Below, in pieces: positions 23,273-25,812 of a DNA stretch of 25,812 nucleotides. The notes below the pieces were generated by a model that had not been told where the DNA came from, did not search any database, and saw nothing but the letters and a program-made list of their open reading frames with translations. Where the stretch lies: the NCBI GenBank assembly GCA_023231475.1, contig JALJEE010002622.1, positions 62,001-87,812 of the forward strand, in the 5' to 3' direction. This DNA is from Seison nebaliae. Lineage: Eukaryota. The first letter of the stretch is position 1. Every line of letters begins with the position of its first letter. Made by a program: the position numbers and the translations under genes.

Positions 23273-24913
23273 TTAAATGTCATTCTCTTTCGAAATTCTT
23301 TTAACAAAATGATTTTTTGGTAATTCGATTGTGAAGTTGTCGTAACGTCTCGTTTTGAGATAATTGAAAAATTGTCGCACATCATCATGACGGAATTGAT
23401 GATGGTTGAATTGAGAGAAGAATGAATGAGTTCTCATCAATTCTTCAGATAATTGTGGAATTATCGGATAATAATAAACATTAATCAAATAAACGAGTTG
23501 TAGAGGATTTCTGATAATTTTCAATTGTTCATTCGTCTCTTTTACTTCCCAAAATTTTTTCTTCTCAATTAATTGATTTGCATTTATTAAATATTTTTTC
23601 AAATTTTGAATTGCTTGAGAGAAATTATTATCGTTCAATAATCCATTTATTTCATTATTTTCCATATCACACAATTCCTCTATTTCATCCAATAAATCCT
23701 CCTCATTTATTGTGCATTTATCAAATGATATTTTTCTCGTTTCTCCCATCAAATTTTTGTTGGCACATCGATGGAAAAGATTGAAAAATGTATTGACCAA
23801 ATCCGCATTGATTAATTCGATGGCATTCCTTCTGGAATAATTGGCATCGTTATGAATCGGATGAGTTCTCAATAAATAATATCGAAATTGATCTCTTCCT
23901 AACAATTCACCTTCCTCCTTCACATCCGTCACATTTCCAATCGATTTCGACATTTTCTTCTCATCTTTCAACCAATGTCCATGAATCAGATAATTAGTCG
24001 GTAATCGATTAAGACCGAGTGCCAAGAGAATTGAAGGAAAATAAATCAAGTGAAATTTAACAATTTCCTTCCCCATTATCTGCAATTTGGGAGGCCAATT
24101 TTCCATCAATTTCCCTCGAAAACCATCAAAATTTTCAAAATCGATTTTCTCCTTTTTTAACGATGTGAGTTGGAGAGCCGATGTCAAATATGATAATAGA
24201 GCATCGAACCAAACGTATATGGTTTGACTATGGTCGAAAGGAACGGCAATTGCCCAGGAAACTCGATCGATATTTCTCGTAATCGACAACGATTCTTTCC
24301 GTTCATTTAATCGTTTGATATCGTTTAGGATGATTGACCGGAATTTTTCCGGTTTAAATTTCACTTCCCTCTTTATCCAATTTTCCACTTCTCCCAAATA
24401 TTTGTGGATGGGAAAGAAATAATTCGTTTCGTCAATCTCTTCAACTTTCTTTTCTTTCAATTCATCGCTGGTCATTTGACTGATTGTCTGTTTGTCTACA
24501 AAACATTCGTCCACCATCGAATAAAATCCACGATATTTCTTCTTCTCCAATAAATCTTTTTTGTGCAATTCATTCAAAATACTTTGCACCAATAAACGAT
24601 GTTGGATCGATGTCGTTCTCTGGAAGATGTCGTAGGAGATGCTGAATTTTTTCGATAAATCTCCAAATTCATCCGCTATACCATCACAATAATCTTGGAA
24701 GTTATCCATCTTCAAACTCCTACATTTCTGTTGCACTTTCGTACCATGTTCATCTAAACCGGTCGCTAATTTTGAATGTTCTCCACGAATATTATTCCAT
24801 CGATTTATGGCATCGCTAAGAACCAATGTGTACAAATGACCCAAATGTGGCGGTCCATTCGCGTAAAATATAGGTGTCGTAATAACCTTCAAATATTTCA
24901 CTGATAGTTTCAT
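23273..24913 (-). CDS. MARS2: methionyl-tRNA synthetase, mitochondrial type, single exon, 546 aa
   Basis: Class I aaRS motifs ITTPIFYANGPPHLGH (HIGH), TGLDEHGTK, YVWFDAL, HGHW...KMSKSIGN. Reduced knuckle (YSMVDECF) and no C-terminal appended domain, as in organellar/bacterial-type MetRS. Confidence 0.93.
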   Translation of the reverse strand: MKLSVKYLKVITTPIFYANGPPHLGHLYTLVLSDAINRWNNIRGEHSKLATGLDEHGTKVQQKCRSLKMDNFQDYCDGIADEFGDLSKKFSISYDIFQRTTSIQHRLLVQSILNELHKKDLLEKKKYRGFYSMVDECFVDKQTISQMTSDELKEKKVEEIDETNYFFPIHKYLGEVENWIKREVKFKPEKFRSIILNDIKRLNERKESLSITRNIDRVSWAIAVPFDHSQTIYVWFDALLSYLTSALQLTSLKKEKIDFENFDGFRGKLMENWPPKLQIMGKEIVKFHLIYFPSILLALGLNRLPTNYLIHGHWLKDEKKMSKSIGNVTDVKEEGELLGRDQFRYYLLRTHPIHNDANYSRRNAIELINADLVNTFFNLFHRCANKNLMGETRKISFDKCTINEEDLLDEIEELCDMENNEINGLLNDNNFSQAIQNLKKYLINANQLIEKKKFWEVKETNEQLKIIRNPLQLVYLINVYYYPIIPQLSEELMRTHSFFSQFNHHQFRHDDVRQFFNYLKTRRYDNFTIELPKNHFVKRISKENDI

Positions 24914-25327
24914 TAGACCAAATATTTCAATTTGAATTTGAAGGAGAGAATATTCATAGATACATAAAAAGCATTTCCCAATGGTTTTTCAGATTTGCTC
25001 AAACTGTTTCTCTTTTAGTTTCCGACAATTTGAAACACTTTTGCGAAGGAATGATAGTTCTAAAGCTTACAACTTACTAAAAAGTTACCTGGAAAGGTTG
25101 TAACGGGAATTGAGGAAAAACTGAAAAATACGATAAAATCATTAAAAATAATTTAAATTTTCTGTAAAATTTTAATAACGAATTATCAATAAGTATGGCA
25201 ATGTTTAGGCACTATTTCGGGGATGTCTTAAGGTTCGGCTTCAGTTCGGATTATATGGTTGTAGAATGTGAAATTCAATACGGATTGAGAATTAGATTAA
25301 AACTGAGAATCTCAATCAAGTTAATAG

Positions 25328-25336
25328 AAAAAAAAA
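25328..25336 (-). terminator. RNA polymerase III oligo-T terminator of tRNA-Val
   Basis: T9 run on the minus strand 2 nt after the tRNA 3' end. Confidence 0.85.
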
Positions 25337-25338
25337 TT

Positions 25339-25411
25339 AGGTTCGAGCGAGGATTGAACTCGCGACCTTCTGCGTGTGAAGCAGACGTGATAACCACTAC
25401 ACCACCGAACC
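25339..25411 (-). tRNA. tRNA-Val (anticodon CAC)
   Basis: 73 nt: GGTTCGG-TG-GTGTAGTGGTTATCAC-G-TCTGC-TTCACAC-GCAGA-AGGTC-GCGAG-TTCAATC-CTCGC-TCGAACC-T. Cloverleaf forms, A and B boxes are intact, and no CCA is encoded. Confidence 0.96.
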
Positions 25412-25812
25412 ACATATTGGAACGTTTAATATTATATATATTCAAATTAATTTCTTCAAATTTCATTATTAATTACTGACCTTCTATTGTCGTTTCGCTT
25501 GATAGACGATAATATATTTTCAAAACTTATCATATAAATTCCAAATAGATGATAAACTGTCAAAATAATAACCAATTCCATATAATACAGATTATTTGTG
25601 ATTATCTTTCAAATATTTGTAAGCTGGTCGGCCTACGTAAAAGTCGATTATAATTATAGAGTGAGTGAGATTAAGGATGATATTATTAATTGAGGATCTT
25701 CAATTAAGTTTATCAATCCGATGAATAAAACTTGCGGAAGCACAATTGTTTTGTAAAGAATTTTATTTCAATAAGTTTTGAGGTGAAAAAGGGTAAAGTG
25801 TTCTGGTAAAGT

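Noticed and set aside
25195..25479. ORFs of 94 aa (+) and 63 aa (-)
   Set aside because: They are translations across the tRNA-Val gene.

Overview
AT-rich, microsatellite-rich eukaryotic (probably invertebrate animal) nuclear DNA; the species cannot be determined from sequence alone. In the first ~16 kb I can recognise no genes. That stretch carries three non-autonomous DNA-transposon insertions with inverted termini and target-site duplications: a 160-bp Mutator/Foldback-like MITE, a 194-bp hAT-like MITE, and an ~870-bp Mutator-like element retaining a possible transposase C-terminal remnant. Next comes a + strand gene for a low-complexity protein of unknown function (~698 aa). A 22-bp minisatellite then separates it from a compact, convergent - strand cluster: RFC2 (6 exons, reconstructed by hand, 330 aa), ZNF207/BuGZ, mitochondrial methionyl-tRNA synthetase and tRNA-Val(CAC). 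The strongest oddity is splicing: all five RFC2 introns, and the putative intron of the unknown gene, start with GTT and lack the usual GTRAGT donor consensus. Other leads are a stop-start (TAATG) uORF resembling a missing mitochondrial presequence on MARS2, a U73 discriminator in tRNA-Val, and a speculative spliced-leader-RNA-like hairpin. Most short ORFs in the supplied track look spurious.
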